A stretch of DNA of 64,000 nucleotides from Ramazzottius varieornatus (taxonomy: Eukaryota; Animalia; Tardigrada). Location: positions 2,443,620-2,507,619 of the forward strand of contig BDGG01000004.1 in assembly GCA_001949185.1 (NCBI GenBank). Direction: 5' to 3'. The position numbers and the translations under genes are program-made. This document shows, piece by piece, positions 63,101 through 64,000 of the stretch (the first letter of the stretch is position 1; every line of letters begins with the position of its first letter). The notes beneath the pieces were generated by a model. It worked only from the letters and a program-made list of their open reading frames with translations. It was not told the DNA's origin and searched no databases.

Positions 63101-64000
63101 TTCTTCACCACTGGCGCCTGACACTAGTTTCGCCAGGACCATCAACGCATTACCTAAGCTGCAGTTATCGTCCAGTACACCTGCCAGCTTCTCTCGCAAG
63201 ACGTCACAGCTTCGCATGCTCTCGACATGGCGCTCTTTTTGAATGACTAATTCGCTTTCTCGGCGAGTGAGTTCTTTCTTCAAGGACTCTTGGGCAACTT
63301 CGTACTAGACAAAGAAACAATCGATGGCTATTCACAGTGCATCATTCGATAGTCCATACAAATAAAGTGTCCAGGCGTACTTACTTCGCTTAACTGGTGG
63401 TAGGAGGTCTGCAATTGCTGCGAAAGTTCCTCTGTTCTGGCGATAAGCAAGCTTCGATTTTCGTCCAGCTGTTGCAGACCTTGCTTGAGCTGTAAGCTTT
63501 CCACGTCCAACTGACTCCTCAGCTTCTCCGAAAAAGCTTCAGCGTCTCGCAGTCGCCGTGCTGTTTCCTGCCTTGTCGTATCTGACTGGGAAAGCTGCGA
63601 CTGGAGCTCTTCACAATTTCGTGTGAGCTAAAAACGGAGTACGCGTGTTAATGATAACACATCAATGTTATTCTACGGTGAAAAACAAAGGAAGCAAATC
63701 GTTGGCTACATACCGACTCATTCTCCGTTCGAAGGACATCTTTCTGGCTTCGAATCACCTCGTACTCCCCTTGGACAACTTCGAGTCTCGTGTTCACTTT
63801 GACGAGCTCGTCGTCCTTTTTGGTGAGAAGAACCTTGAGATCGTTGGAAGAACCCTGCATCTGCTCAATTTCTGTAGCCATTTCTCCAAGTTTCGAAAGC
63901 AGGGCATCCTTCTCCCGACTGTGAGTGTCAATAGTTGCTTGCCTAGAACGAACCGCAACAGATGCAACACGTCACAAATTTCTTCATTATCTAGCATAGA
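60184..64000 (-). CDS. Long coiled-coil protein of unknown identity, multi-exon; 5' end outside the window
   Basis: Long heptad-rich ORFs (61280-62479, 60669-61325, 62855-63283) joined by GT-AG introns. An acceptor near 63943 shows the gene continues upstream. It ends ...SRENITRDELLSMQD*. Confidence 0.8.

Overview
Eukaryotic (animal) genomic DNA. It is very compact and gene-dense, with mostly 55-100 nt introns and about 18 protein-coding genes in 64 kb. The compaction and an arthropod-type GABA-B-R3 suggest a small-genome ecdysozoan, plausibly a eutardigrade (Ramazzottius-like); this is inference, not verified. Gene order: TMEM184(+), FDPS(+), TSR1(-), UBE2R/CDC34(+), HHIP-like(+), TDRD3-like(-), SIN1/MAPKAP1(-), ALG5(+), STIM(-), ubinuclein(+), acatalytic CA10/11-like CARP(-), SPIDR-like(-), EEF2KMT(+), GABA-B-R3(-), a TIR (Kolobok-like) non-autonomous element, SMG8(-), SCLY(+), an uncharacterised multipass membrane protein(-) and a long coiled-coil protein(-, runs off the window). 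Gene models were spliced by eye, and homologies come from recalled motifs, not database searches. The most notable signal is apparent domain shedding in several conserved regulators. SIN1 stops before its PH domain, with possible fossil PH fragments in the 3' UTR. TDRD3 lacks UBA and Tudor, SPIDR keeps only its first OB-like region, and the HHIP-like protein lacks the N-terminal CRD and has a polybasic loop where the Hedgehog-binding loop sits. SCLY has Val at the Sec-specificity Asp146 position. Also present: three obligatory GC-AG introns, a 15-nt microexon next to a stop-generating TAGTAG acceptor, and convergent genes whose stops are only 35-56 bp apart.
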